From Selaginella moellendorffii (taxonomy: Eukaryota; Plantae; Lycopodiophyta), in assembly GCF_000143415.4 (NCBI RefSeq), contig NW_003314263.1, positions 3,482,451 to 3,546,450 of the forward strand: a stretch of DNA of 64,000 nt. The letters are read 5' to 3'. Both the position numbers and the translations under genes were made by a program. The stretch's first letter is position 1, and each line of letters starts with the position of its first letter. Shown here piece by piece: positions 36,486 through 49,001 of the stretch. The notes beneath the pieces were generated by a model that saw only the letters and a program-made list of their open reading frames with translations, ran no database searches and was not told the origin of the DNA.

Positions 36486-38462
36486 CTAGACTGGTGTATT
36501 CGAATCAGCGACAACCTTGAAGAGTGACACATAGTTTGCTGCTTCATCCGGCATGATCTCCTCGAGAACTTGTGCTACTCGCTTACCTCGCTCGAGATCT
36601 TTGTACGAGCTACAAGCCGAGAGAAGAACCGACCACTCCATCTCGCCGGGCTTGTAAGGCATGTTCGTCACAAGCTCCTCAGCTTCTTCCAGCTCTCCAG
36701 ATCTCGCGAGATTGTCTATGATCGCTCCATAGTGTTCTCTCGCTGGAGCGATACCATGGTCGCCAACCATCGAGGTAAAGTAACCACAGGCCTTCTCGGT
36801 GACACCAATGTGGCTACAAACAGCTAAAACGTTTGTGAACGTCACTTGATCGGGTGTCACACCGTTGAGACACATCTCCTGGAAGAAAAGGAGGGCTTCG
36901 TTCAATTGCCCAGCTTGAGAGAACGCCATGATCACCGTGTTCCATGACACCACATCTTGATCCGGAAGGACCTCAAACATTTCTTTCGTTTGATCCAAAT
37001 GCCCCCGCTGAGCATTCACTGCAAGCATTACATTCAGAGACAGTGTGTCGTGGTACGGCATCCTGGAGAATACTTGTACGGATTGTCCCCACTGGGCATG
37101 TTGTCCGTACCCTGACAGCATGGCATTCCACGTCACCGAGCTCCTCTCCGGCATAACGTCGAAGAAATTCTTGGCATCCTGCAAATGCCGGGACAGGGCA
37201 TATGCCGATATGAGAATATTCCACGTCACCGTGTCTGGCTGGGGGGTGGAATCGAACACGCGCCTGGCTTCGTTGATTCTCCCCGTCTGTGCGTACGCGG
37301 CCATTAATACGATCACGACGTACGAATCTAGCTGCGGCATCTTGTCAAACACTGCCTTCCCCAGCTCCACTTCACCATTCGTACAATACATGTTTACAAT
37401 GCACGTCCACGACATTATACCCCGTCGAGGCATCGAGTCAAATACAGCCTTGGCCTCGTCCACGTGGCCGGCTTCCGAGAGGACACGTGCCATCTCCATC
37501 CACGTCACGGTGTTCTTCACGGGCATCCGGTCAAAGGTGGTCTTTGCCCGGTCAACGAGCCCTAATCTCGCGTAGAGAGTTACCATCCCGGTCCACGCGA
37601 CCACGTCTGGATCGGGCATTTTCTGGAATAATTCCTCTGCCTCTGCAAGATGCCCTTCTTGGGCATATGCTTGGATCATTGTGCTCAGCGCGATTTGGTT
37701 CCAATTGGGCATTCGCGCAAAGACTTCTTTGGCACTGGCAAAATCGCCAGTGTCTTTGTAAAGCTTGAGCATTGGATTAAACGTAGAGGACGATCTCTCG
37801 GGCAAACAATCAAAGAGATTCTTTGTTTGTGCCACTTCTTTACTCTCGGCAAATGCCGCAAGAAGGGAATTCCCGGACACAATATCGTGGGTGGGCATTA
37901 GCGAGTAAATCCACTTAGACTGGTCTAACAAGCCCCGTTGTCCGAACACGTTGACTAGCGCGGTCCAAGAAACGACCGAGCGCTCGGGCATCTTCTCGAA
38001 CAGATCCACAGATTCCTCCAATTGCCGATTCCGGGAATGCCCTGATACCATCGCGTTCCACGAGAATATACTCCTCTCGGGCATCTTGTCAAACACCTGC
38101 CTGGCCTCGAGAAGATTCTCGTTTTGCGCCAGCGCGGTGACGTAGACGTTCCACGTCACAACGTCGCGGAATGGTATATCCCTGAAGAGCTCTTGCGCCT
38201 TGCCAAGATGCCCATTCTGGGCATATGCCGAGAAGAGTAGATTCCATGTCCAGGGATCCGGCGATTCGATGCCATCGAACACCCTTTGGGCCTCTTTGGC
38301 GCTGCCACACCTCCCGTACATGACGATGAGAGTATTGGCCAGGTATGGGCGGTTGCCGTACCCGGCCTCTATGACATGGCCGTGGAGGCTTCTCCCCGCG
38401 GCTAAGTCCCTGGAAGCTCCACACGCTTTGATCAGCCCCACGAAATACCTCTCGCGATTCAT
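36486..38462 (-). CDS. PLS-class pentatricopeptide repeat protein with partial E domain, no DYW, 658 aa
   Basis: Tandem ~31-aa repeats (A..VFD.MP.R.VVSW.A...AYAQ.G); C-terminal HYG.I.D.L.R.G.LEEA..L...MP. Confidence 0.93.
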   Translation of the reverse strand: MNRERYFVGLIKACGASRDLAAGRSLHGHVIEAGYGNRPYLANTLIVMYGRCGSAKEAQRVFDGIESPDPWTWNLLFSAYAQNGHLGKAQELFRDIPFRDVVTWNVYVTALAQNENLLEARQVFDKMPERSIFSWNAMVSGHSRNRQLEESVDLFEKMPERSVVSWTALVNVFGQRGLLDQSKWIYSLMPTHDIVSGNSLLAAFAESKEVAQTKNLFDCLPERSSSTFNPMLKLYKDTGDFASAKEVFARMPNWNQIALSTMIQAYAQEGHLAEAEELFQKMPDPDVVAWTGMVTLYARLGLVDRAKTTFDRMPVKNTVTWMEMARVLSEAGHVDEAKAVFDSMPRRGIMSWTCIVNMYCTNGEVELGKAVFDKMPQLDSYVVIVLMAAYAQTGRINEARRVFDSTPQPDTVTWNILISAYALSRHLQDAKNFFDVMPERSSVTWNAMLSGYGQHAQWGQSVQVFSRMPYHDTLSLNVMLAVNAQRGHLDQTKEMFEVLPDQDVVSWNTVIMAFSQAGQLNEALLFFQEMCLNGVTPDQVTFTNVLAVCSHIGVTEKACGYFTSMVGDHGIAPAREHYGAIIDNLARSGELEEAEELVTNMPYKPGEMEWSVLLSACSSYKDLERGKRVAQVLEEIMPDEAANYVSLFKVVADSNTPV

Positions 38463-38595
38463 CCATTCTTTCTAGCAATACGTGAAAGTTTTCACGAGGA
38501 GCATTCGTTCCAAGGATCCCGGAAGAACTCGTAGAAGAAAAGTGGAAGTTCTTTCTAGGGAATGTGTGATGACTCCCTGCTTTAAGTTGAAGTTC

Positions 38596-39515
38596 TCAAA
38601 TGTAGCAAGCAAATTGCTTCACCTTCTTCACCAGATTGCTGGGCTCGTGTTGGCTGGGGAGCTGCCCAATGACGATCATTTGCTGGACGCGATCGACAAT
38701 GTCCGCGAGCTCTCTGCGTTTTGCCTCTTCGATCTCGGCTTTCATCTAGACAAAAAAAGTTTGGTCACCTCTAGAACAAAGAATGAGAAGAAGAAAAGAG
38801 TACCCTTTCGGCTTTTGTATGCGCGTTGGCTATGGATTTCTCGGTTTCCTCGTTCGCATGGGATTTTATTCTTTGCGACTCTTGCCGAGCTCTTGCCAGG
38901 ATCTTATCAGCCTTTACCTGTAGATGGATGAAACGAAAGTAAATTAGATAGAACAAGAAGGAAGAATCTAGCTCGATCAAGAACAATCGGTCACAATAGA
39001 ATTATCTACTATCTGGTTCGCTCTATCTAGCTGGATCAAGAACAATCGATCACAAAAGGAATATCTACACACCAGGAATTGGAGCTTACCTCCGCATTGT
39101 GAACCACTTGATCCGCTCGTTGCTCCTCCCTTTTGTGACTCTCAAGAGCTTTAGCTTCCTCGTACATTCTTTGCCTCTCGACTTTATCCTGGAGAAGAGA
39201 AGCAAAGAACGCAAGAAGATCGAGGTAAGCGATCGAGCAAGGAAATCTTTTCGAGAATTTGATCGCCCATACCTGTAGACGCTGAGCTCGAGCTTCGGTC
39301 TTGCGCATGGTAGCATCCAAATAAGCCTGTGCCTCGGCCTCCACTCTCCCTCGATGAGCCTCGGCGATCGCTTCCGCCCTTTGATTCCCAGATTTGCTCA
39401 GCGAGGAGGCACTGGTCATCGACGAGGCTGGACTGCTGTAAGGATTGGGCGCCGCCGCGTCGCTCCCATTCTGGCCCTCTTCTTTCGATCCTGGCCTCCT
39501 GTACGCCTGCGACAT
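38596..39515 (-). CDS. Remorin-like coiled-coil protein (4 exons)
   Basis: Spliced: disordered S/P-rich N-terminus, long A/E/K/R coiled coil, C-terminal IGQLPS...FACYI* resembling the remorin anchor. Confidence 0.6.
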
Positions 39516-39976
39516 GCTCTAGATTGCAAAAAGATCCATCCTCAGGGCGATAATCCGGCATTGGAAGCGCCTACCTTCTTGAGATCCACTGCCATCGCCC
39601 CGGACAAATCCATCGCTCCAATTAGGAGCTACAATGCGGGAAAGATCCACGATCCGGGCATGATCCAGTCGCCAGCGCGTCCCGGAAAGATTTGAATGCC
39701 TCTAGCCGCGGCCTCCAATCGCTTCAAGCTCATCTCTCCAAGAGCCCTAACTCCGTCCAAGAAAATTGGCACACCATCGCCACGTCGGCGAAAAGTGCCG
39801 ACGTCGACAAATCTCCAGCCGCCACATGTCATAGAACTCCACGTAGTGGCGTTAATTAACGGGCAGTATTTAAGCAGTGTCCGATGATATAAATACGTGG
39901 CACAATGCTGTCCGTCGGATCTGGCATCCAACGGCTAGGTCATTAGTAGCGTTTCTAGGGAATTTTTGTGGAGGCA

Positions 39977-42495
39977 ATGGCAGTCGGAGCTTATTGCGCC
40001 GCGCCATCGTCCTCCATCGTGATTTCCAGCGGAAATCGATTGAAGCGCTATGGATTCTCACAAGCAGGGCCTGTGAATCGGGCGATTGGGAAGCAGGGCT
40101 TGATTCTTCAGGTCGCGGCAGCTCCATTGTGGGGTTTAGGGTTCTCCGGCAGGCGCAGGCGCGATGCCGCGCGGCTGTGCCAGTCCCAGTGCTCGATGCA
40201 GGTCCAGGAGCTCGAGCATCGCCAGATTTTGTCCGTGGAGCAGTGCTTGGAGAAAATGCGCGAGGCGATGGGGATCGATGACATTGCTGGCAACGAGCAA
40301 TTCACTGTCACTGGTGAGTTCCCGCAGGATTGCATTGTCTAGGCTGAGGATTTTTGGTTTCGATGGTGTAGGAGAGCAAACTTTCATGGGTCTTACTGGA
40401 GAGTGGAATTTGTCGTGGAGTTCCGATGGCCGGTTTTACGAGAAATTCGATAGCGAGGAAGTCACTGTGGATGGAGGATACGATGGCACTAGCAGACCAT
40501 GGCATGCCGACTATGCCGGACGAGTTACGTCGCTAGATTTGGACGATCTAGAGGTTTGGTTTCATAGATTCTCCGAAGATCGAAAATCTTATCATACTGA
40601 CCTTGCAGACGAGTTTGCTGACGACTTGGCTAAGAACAGGCTTTTGGATTTCAGCCGGTGGACAGACGAAGCTGAGCATCGAGCTGGACAAGGATTCTCC
40701 TTCAGAGAAGATTTTCGAAGTACACTTGAAAGACTCGAAGGTACGTTTTCCACTCCAACTTTAGTTCATTGAAAACAAAATTGCTCTTCTCCTGTTCTTG
40801 CTCCCGTTCTTCGGAAACATGATAGGTACTGGCTCGTGTTCATGTGGATACAGACACCTGGCTTCCAACTCAAATGAGAACACAAGTTTTTGGTGGGGAG
40901 GACGTGTGGGAGTACTCCGATTGGCGATGCATTCTGGTACTTATAACTCATAATCCTCTAGGACGAGCTGATTAGGAGAATGAAGCTTTCAGATCAATTT
41001 TGCAGCCTGGTCGTCGGTATCGAATGCCGTGCTCGACTGTGCGATATCCACCAGCTGGTGGCAAAGACACTACTATTGCAAGTCGTGCTGAAGCTGCCAG
41101 AATTTCTCAAAGCTTGTTTACAGTTCCATCCACACCCCAGATAGCAAGGCATAACAAACGAAGGCCCGTGGTTGAATTTGACGAAGACATTTCTTCCACT
41201 GTGAAGGTATGTATGTGTCTTTCTTGTGTAAGAGCTTGCTGTTCCATTATAACTTTGGTGCGACAGATGATTCAAACCGTTAGCGGACACTACGTAGTAA
41301 AGCCTTTGATTGACGGTCAGGACATTGGGTAAAGTCACAGAATTCTTTTTTTTTTTTTTTGTTATGCGGTCTCATGTTGTTAAGTTACAGATATTTTGTG
41401 GTCGATACCGGCGCCAGTGGTCTTTCTCTCGCTCCCGGCGTGGTACAAACAAAATGGCTCCAGATTGTTTCTTTTTAACTTGAAATTCTTGCCCAGGGAG
41501 AGAGATTTTCAATGGCGGAATTCGGGGAGATATACGTAACGGGTGTAGAGACTCAGGTATAGTATCAATGTCAAGAATGCAAAATACTAATACTTGCCAT
41601 CAGGTGAAGAGTAAGTTTGTTCGTGGCCGAGAATTTCAGCTTGGACGACTAAAAATCACCAACCCGCTATACATCGAAGTAGGAAAAACCTGTCGTTCTC
41701 CAATCTCACATAAATTTATCTGCAGGTAGCAATGGATGGTGTCGTAAGAGGAGTGCAACCGGTAGCAGGAATTTGCGGCTTCGACTTGTTTTATCATTGC
41801 GTAGTAGAGGTAAAGACGAGGCTCTAAAAATGTTTCAAGGCTACATTGTTCGATTTCTTTTGTAGATGTCCATGACGCAAAAGACGTTATCACTTTTCAA
41901 CGCAGCCACCTATCAGTTTCCTAAGAACCAAAGCTTTGTGGTAAGTCCGTCCATTTTCCTCCTCGATGGGAAATAAATCCATTATTTTTTTCTGTGCAGA
42001 GGATGCGCATGCTAGAGAATGTCCCTCATGTTCCAGCAAAATTTAACGGCCACGAGACATTGTTTCTACTTGACACAGGAGCTGGAGGCGTAGACGTGAT
42101 CTTCCCCAACAGCACCGTCGAGAAGTATAAGCTGCTAGAAGGAAACTCCAATTCCTTCCTGGAAGCCAAAGTCAAGGGAGTGAATGCGAGCAGTGGTATC
42201 CAGGTACTCCTCCAATTCACTCCAAACTTTGGATCCATTTTGGTTTCTCTTTTTCTTCTTCTAGGCCTTGTATGGAACACTGCCTAGCTTCGAGCTGGGC
42301 GATCACGTCTTTAAGAACATCAAAGCTCTATTTTTCAAAGGCGAGGGGGGAATGGTGAGCTTCTCGGCCTACACTGGAGGAATTCTTTGCGAGCAGCTTC
42401 TTCGTTCGTTTGTCCTCGTCATGGATTATCAAAGATGCAGAGTAGCATTCGTCGCGAGTAAAGACCGCCAAAGTCTAGAAAATGGACGGTCTTGA
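39977..42495 (+). CDS. Aspartyl protease with two retropepsin-like domains (bacterial type) and a probable plastid transit peptide; many exons
   Basis: YVVKPLIDGQDIGYFVVDTGASG (~41404) and VPHVPAKFNGHETLFLLDTGAGG (~42072), each followed by a GI.G-like closing motif (GICGF; GGILCEQLL...DY); S/A/R-rich N-terminus. Confidence 0.8.
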
Positions 42496-42618
42496 TTCAA
42501 TCAATCAAATTCCAACTGTCCAGATTAAATGGCTCGCGCAACGGCCTCGATTCGTTTGACTTTATCCGACGACTAGAATATACCGCGCATCTGGAAATAT
42601 TTTCGGGCATTAGCAGCG

Positions 42619-45600
42619 ATGGTGAGAGAGCTCCAAATTCAACTGCCACTGGTGTGTCAAGATCTAGGGTTTTATTCTCGCTGTGGACCTCCAGCGCTAG
42701 GTTTTGCGAATTTTGGATCCGGCCAGCGGCGATTCTTGCCCGGCGCTGCGTCGATCGCCTCCACCGGCATGGGACGACAGGCCGCCGCCGCTGTCAAGGC
42801 CAGCAATGGCGCCTCCGGGAAGATCGACGCAATGGAGGCCGAGTGTGTCGTCGCGGATGATGCCGAGGAGCTGTTTGATGCGTCGGAAACTTTCAAAAAA
42901 TCCGCTCTATTGTCGTCCAGAGAACAGGTATGATCCATCGCTATCTCTCGAATTTTCCCCTCTCATAGCCGTACTTGTAGTACGCAGCACTGTACAAAAA
43001 TTCCGTGGATGATCCCGATGGATTCTGGTCGCACACCGCGTCGCAGTTCTTCTGGAAATCCAAGTGGGAGGAGAGCAAAGCTCATACCGAGAATTTGGAC
43101 GTTCGCAAGGGAGAAATTCGTGTGGAGGTATGCTTTCAAAGTGGAGTAAACTTGCCATGCTCTTGGTAGAACTTCTCTCTCAGTGGTTTAAAGGAGGGTG
43201 TACCAACATTTGCTACAATGCTGTGGATCGGCATGTAGAGGCGGGCAGGGGTGACGACGTTGCTCTCTTGTGGGAAGCAAATGATCCAGGATTTGATATG
43301 AAGCTAACGTACAAAGAGCTTCTCGATCGCGTTTGTCAGGTACGTCGTTTATCGCTTTTCTCGCGCAGCATTTGTTCTAAAGCTTTGTAGTGATCAGCTC
43401 TCAAACTATTTGCTCGCTGTGGGAATCAAGAAAGGCGACACTGTAGCAATCTATATGCCAATGCTCCTCGAGTTGCCTATAGCAATGCTTGCCTGTGCTC
43501 GCATTGGCGCTGTTCATTCGGTACGTTCTTCCTTCTTTGTGTGTTATATAATGCTCGTTCTTGCAGGTCGTGTTCGCTGGTTTCTCTGCTGAATCGCTTG
43601 CCCAACGAATTCTGGATTGCAAGCCAAAGGTTCTGCTCACGACCAGTGGTGTAAAACGGGGCCCAAAGCTTATCAAACTTAAGGAAATTGTAGATGATGC
43701 TTTAAATCGATGTGTACAGGAGGGTGGCTATTCTGTAGGTACTAGAAACTCTGATTATGCTCGATTTTCGTCTGCTTGTGGATAACATACTGGCGATTTT
43801 GTGCAGATTACTGTTTGACATATGATAATAAATTAGCGATCAAGAGAGAAGACACTCCCTGGAAAGAGAAAAGGGATGTGTGGTGGCAGGTATTTGATCT
43901 CTCTGGTCTCTCTCTTTTTTATCGGGCTCTTTGCTTCACGTTTCTAGGATGTCGTTCCAAATTATCCCACTGATTGTCCAGTGGAATGGGTAGACGCGGA
44001 GGATCCTTTGTTTTTGCTGTACACCAGTGGCAGCACTGGGAAACCAAAGGTGGTTTTCTCATGAGATACTCGAAAACTGAATGCTTGTTTTGCTCAGGGA
44101 GTGTTGCACACAACTGGTGGCTATATGGTCTATACCGCCACAACGTTCAAGCATGCCTTCGATTACCATGACGGAGATGTCTACTGGTAAGTATACTTTT
44201 CAACAATGTTATATTTTTTTGTTACTGTTTCACGCGTCAAGGTAATGCCATGTCAGGTGTACTGCAGATTGTGGATGGATCACTGGTCACAGCTACGTCA
44301 CTTATGGCCCTTTATTGAACAAAGCGACTGTCTTGATCTTTGAGGGGGTCAGCATTCGTATTTGCCCGGTTGTCTCGTCAACTCACTTGGCTCTTTGTGT
44401 AGGTTCCAAATTACCCCGACGCTGGTCGGTGTTGGGAGATTGTGGACAAATACCACGTTACCATTTTCTACACGGCCCCCACAGCGATTCGAGCATTGAT
44501 GAGATCAGGAGATGAGGTATTGATTACCTTATTCTGTGAATCGTTGAAGAGTTTTCTTGTTTCCAGCCAGTGAAACGGCATTCGCGAAAGTCCTTGCGCG
44601 TTTTAGGAAGCGTCGGTGAACCGATCAATCCAAGCGCGTGGAGGTATGGGCTCCCACCTTAGAGCATGCTGCTTTATTTAAAGATGGTGTTTTCCAGGTG
44701 GTATTTCGAAGTTGTCGGTGATAGTCGCTGTCCCATTGCAGATACCTGGTGGCAAACAGAGACCGGTGGCTTCATGGTACATATTCTTGTCGACACCAAA
44801 AAGGGATTTCACTCTTGTTTTCTTCCAGATAACACCCTTACCTGGCTGTTGGCCTCTGAAGCCGGGCTCAGCCACGCTACCTTTCTTCGGTGTACAGGTA
44901 TTCATCTCTTTCTGGTATCTGCGTTCCTTGATACAGTCGCGTTTTTTGTCGTGGCAGCCAGCAGTCGTGGACGAAAATGGCAAGGAACTCGACGGAGAAT
45001 GCACGGGATTCCTGTGCATGAAAGCCTCTTGGCCGGGCATATTTCGAAGTCTTTACGGTGATCACGCACGATACGAAACTACCTATTTCGCTCCTTTCAA
45101 AGGATTCTACTTCAGCGGCGACGGCTGTCGCAGGTCTATTGCTTTCAAACTTCGGTCGTTTGCTCTCTCTGACTATTTCTCTCTATTCCATTCAGGGATA
45201 AAGATGGCTACTACTGGTTGACAGGCCGTGTGGACGACGTTATCAACGTGAGGTAACGTTTTGTCTGTTTCTCTGGATTTGTTTTGTTGCAGCTCAAGTA
45301 ACTGGAGTTGTGGGGCTGTGCAGTGGACACCGCATTGGCACTGCTGAAGTAGAGTCGGCTCTTGTCGCGCATCCTCTGGCAGCCGAGGCTGCCGTGGTTG
45401 GCATCGATCACGAGGTAAAACAAGAGCTCATTTTGAAGTATCAATCTCATCTTGAAACTCCTCGCAGGTCAAGGGTCAGGGAATCTATGCCTTCGTGACA
45501 CTCAACGAAGGAGTCGAGTACACGGCAGATTTAAAGTCGAGCTTGATATCAACTGTGCGATGCCAGGTAAGAGGAGGTGTTGTGGCGAAAGTTTTCTCGA

Positions 45601-45812
45601 GTAATCGTAATGTGTGTACACCGCAGATTGGAGCTTTCGCTGCTCCAGACGCGATCCACTGGGCCCCCGGCCTGCCAAAGACGAGGAGCGGCAAGATCAT
45701 GCGAAGAATTCTCCGCAAGATCGCCTCCAAGCAGCTGGATGATCTGGGAGACATCAGCACCTTGGCCGATCCTGGCGTCGTCGCTCAGCTCATCGAATTC
45801 ACGGATAAATGA
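42619..45812 (+). CDS. ACS: Acetyl-CoA synthetase (AMP-forming), probable plastid form; many exons
   Basis: [91 protein letters not shown]. Confidence 0.96.
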
Positions 45813-46011
45813 GTGTGGATCAAAGAACTCGAGCTAGTCAGACATTGTTGACTTTTCTATGGTCAACACTTTCAACGGTAAAAAGAGTGGAGTTTTATTC
45901 TTTGGCTTTGCTTCTGCGAAGGTTAAGCTGTTGCGTCCAAGTAATCCTGCCAGCTTAATGCTTGGATTTAAATCATGGTATTCGTGGCGCTGCCCGTTGA
46001 TGCTTTTCGAT

Positions 46012-46091
46012 CCAACGGCTCTGATTGAATGGGATCGATCCGCGCCAACAAGCACAGGCCAATGGGAGCTTGCGGAGCTTCGCTATAAGAA
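46012..46091 (+). promoter_or_regulatory. Histone-type promoter: AACGG, reverse octamer GATCCGCG, CCAAT, TATA
   Basis: ccaacggct ~46012; GATCCGCG 46037-46044; CCAAT 46059; tataag 46084. Confidence 0.65.
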
Positions 46092-46228
46092 ATCCCCTGT
46101 TCCTTATCCTCGTTCACCAGACCCTAGCTAGCGGTACGGGTGGCAATCTCCGCGGATTTCTCAGCTGGGTTGTGTGATCGAGCAGAAATTCCTCTTTTTC
46201 TTTCCAAAGAGTGGTGTGATTGATCGAT

Positions 46229-47009
46229 ATGGCAGTGGCAGTGGAAGCCGTGGGTGAGGCTACTACAGCAAAACCCAACAGGAAGCCATCGCGAGCGAAG
46301 CAAGCTTCCGCCAAGGATCAAGCGAAGCCGGATGAGCAGAAAATCGTGGCGCCAGTGAAGAAGGATCCAAAGCCCAAGTCGTCGAAGAACACCAGCATCC
46401 ATCACCCGCCTTATGTTGAGGTAAAAGTCTCTTCTTTGTTTCTATAGCTTGATTGATCGAGTGTGTCTTTGTTCTTGGTCTCTACTTTAGATGGTCATGG
46501 AAGCGATTTCTTTTCTTAAGGAACGCACTGGCTCGAGCCAGCACGCCATCGCCAAGTACCTGGTGGAGAAGTACAGTTCGGGGCTGCCCACTTCTTTCAA
46601 GAGGATGCTCTCCATCCAGCTCAAATCACTCAGCAACAGCGGTAAGATCACTAAGGTGAAGAACTCCTTCAAGCTCCCATCGTCCGCGTCCTCCAAATCC
46701 TCGTCTCGCAAGCCAGCGCCAGCCAGAGTGGTTGTCAAGGTCCCCAAAGCATCATCTTCATCCCCAGCAAAGAAGGTGAAGGTGATCAAGCCTTCCTCAC
46801 GAGCCCCAAGGCCTTCAAAGGAATCAACTTCACGAGCACCAAAGCCGAGAGCTCCAGCTCCAAAGTCACGGGACGTGAAAGCTACTAGAACCACTAGAGC
46901 CACCGGGAGATCTTCCAGGCCCGCGGTCACGAAGAAGATCACTACTCCATCCAAGCCAAAGAAGGTCGTGACACCGGCAAAGCGAGCCAAGAGAGTTGCA
47001 GCAAAGTAA
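46229..47009 (+). CDS. H1: Linker histone H1 (exons 46229-46420 and 46491-47009)
   Basis: HPPYVE|MVMEAISFLKERTGSSQHAIAKY...KLKVKNSFKL-type globular domain; K/P/A/S-rich tail. Confidence 0.93.
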
Positions 47010-47114
47010 AAATCTCCTTTTTCATAAGTTAGTAGAAAAAGATGTACAGTAAGTAATCGCCAGTGTGTCAAGATCTTTGATCGCTATTTAGATTAAACTC
47101 TACTCTTTTCTTTT

Positions 47115-49001
47115 TTACCATACCAGTGTGATACCAAACGACTTGCAGGCTCTCACCACCATAAATGCTCCGTACAAGACGATGAGCCCCACGCCCAGCG
47201 TCTTGCTAGGCCGCATCCTATGTACGGCCATGCCCACAATGGCCATTAAAATGGCCACCGCGAGGAACACCAGGGTGAGCATAGCCATCTCCGTACCGGG
47301 GATGACGTACACCGCGCCGTGCGATCGGACGGCCACGATGAGAAACGATACGCCCAGCCCAAACAGCGTGTTAAACATGGGGCTGGCGTAGCACCCCGCG
47401 ATGGCGATCTGGACGCCGGCGCTACCACCGCGGGACGCCAGCGCTGAGTTGGCAACCAGGTCGCCCATGGAGTTGCCCCACGCCAGCACGGTTACACCCA
47501 GGATCGCCGCGTCGATACCCAGTAGCGCCGCGAGGCTGACCAGCGCGGCAACGAGCTCCCGCGCGATGACGTAAAACCACACCATGCTCATGAAGAAGCC
47601 CGCGGCGATCCATACCAGCGCCGCCGTGCCGTGACCCTGCGGCGGACGCTCGTCCACCGTGGTAAAGTAGGCGGTGACGCCCAGGACGATCCCCACCAGC
47701 ATCCCCGCCGCCAGCCACGGGCAATCGCCAGTGATGGGCATCCCATTCTGGGCGCTCCACACCGCTACCAGGAGGATTGGCGCGAGCGTGGCGGCCACCA
47801 CCGCGCGAGGTCGCGACCATCGCGATTCGTCCACCACTGGGATTGTGAGCCGGCGAGGGAGATGGAGTGGCCACTCGATCAGCACCTGGGAGGCCTTGCG
47901 CCCCAGCTTGAGCAAGCTCTTGGATCGCGTCATCTTCTTCTCTTCTTCGCTGCTCGACCGCACTGCCTCTGCCGCCTCTGCCGCGTCCTCCTCGATCTTC
48001 TGCTGCTCCTGCGAGTAGATCGCCACCTGGTTCGCCCACAGCCACGGCGGCACCGTGATCACCCTCTCAATGCTCGAGGCCCCCTTGGATCCTTCCAGCC
48101 GGGCATACTCCCCCCCGCATTCTTCATCTCCTCTCCGCGATTCCCATCTGGCCCTCCAGACCTCCCACACCGCCACCACCAGCGCGTAGATCACGTAGAT
48201 CCCCAGGTAGCCCAGCGACTCCCACACGCTCACGCTGCCTTTCCACAGCACGATCATCAAGTAGCCTAGGCTCGCCAGGAAGAACACCGCGTCGCGAACA
48301 AAGCATCGCCCATCGATCGCGAAATCGCCGCTGGCTACCAGGATGTTCACGACGCCTGTGACCACCGTGACCACGAACACTGCCCCGCCCAGCACCGAGT
48401 TCATGCCCACGGCGCCGCCACGGTGCGAGCCCGAGAAGGACGCCACGCTGGCGAACACGTCAGCGGCACCGTTGCCCAGTGGCAGCAACGTCACCCCCGC
48501 GACAGTGGGCGGCAGTCGCAAGAGCTGCGACAGTCGCTCCAGGCACGAGCAAAAGTAGTCCGCGGCGGTGTTGCCCAGCATGTAGAAGAGGGCGACGAGC
48601 CACAGGGAGATCGCGAGGAAGGAGAGGATGTTCTTGAGCCGGGGGTGTGGATTATCGGCGTCGATGCAGTAGTAGATCTGGATGTACTCGAAGAGGCCGC
48701 CGGATTGGCAGTCCTCGTGTGCCATCGCGTAGGAGCAAGGGCTGGAAAAACCCTTGTGCTTGGCGGCGCCCTCGCACGGCGCTCGATCCTCGTCGTGCTT
48801 CCCCACCGAGAATTTGGAGCGCGCAAACAGCAGCGAGGAGTGATTCCCTGGAAATATTTCCGGATTGCTGGCAGATTCTTGGAGCAAATGCCTCCGGCGG
48901 GGCGGCGAGTGCGCGAATTTCGAGCCGATGCCGAGCTGGGGGTACCAGAAGTAGAAGAGGACGAGCAGCAGCGATGCCAATCGCAGTGTCGACGACGCCA
49001 T
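47115..49001 (-). CDS. CCX: Cation/calcium exchanger (CCX family), intronless
   Basis: alpha-1 GVTLLPLGNGAADVFAS and alpha-2 GVTVLAWGNSMGDL repeats; LGNTAADYFC; multiple TM segments. Confidence 0.92.
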   Translation of the reverse strand: MASSTLRLASLLLVLFYFWYPQLGIGSKFAHSPPRRRHLLQESASNPEIFPGNHSSLLFARSKFSVGKHDEDRAPCEGAAKHKGFSSPCSYAMAHEDCQSGGLFEYIQIYYCIDADNPHPRLKNILSFLAISLWLVALFYMLGNTAADYFCSCLERLSQLLRLPPTVAGVTLLPLGNGAADVFASVASFSGSHRGGAVGMNSVLGGAVFVVTVVTGVVNILVASGDFAIDGRCFVRDAVFFLASLGYLMIVLWKGSVSVWESLGYLGIYVIYALVVAVWEVWRARWESRRGDEECGGEYARLEGSKGASSIERVITVPPWLWANQVAIYSQEQQKIEEDAAEAAEAVRSSSEEEKKMTRSKSLLKLGRKASQVLIEWPLHLPRRLTIPVVDESRWSRPRAVVAATLAPILLVAVWSAQNGMPITGDCPWLAAGMLVGIVLGVTAYFTTVDERPPQGHGTAALVWIAAGFFMSMVWFYVIARELVAALVSLAALLGIDAAILGVTVLAWGNSMGDLVANSALASRGGSAGVQIAIAGCYASPMFNTLFGLGVSFLIVAVRSHGAVYVIPGTEMAMLTLVFLAVAILMAIVGMAVHRMRPSKTLGVGLIVLYGAFMVVRACKSFGITLVW

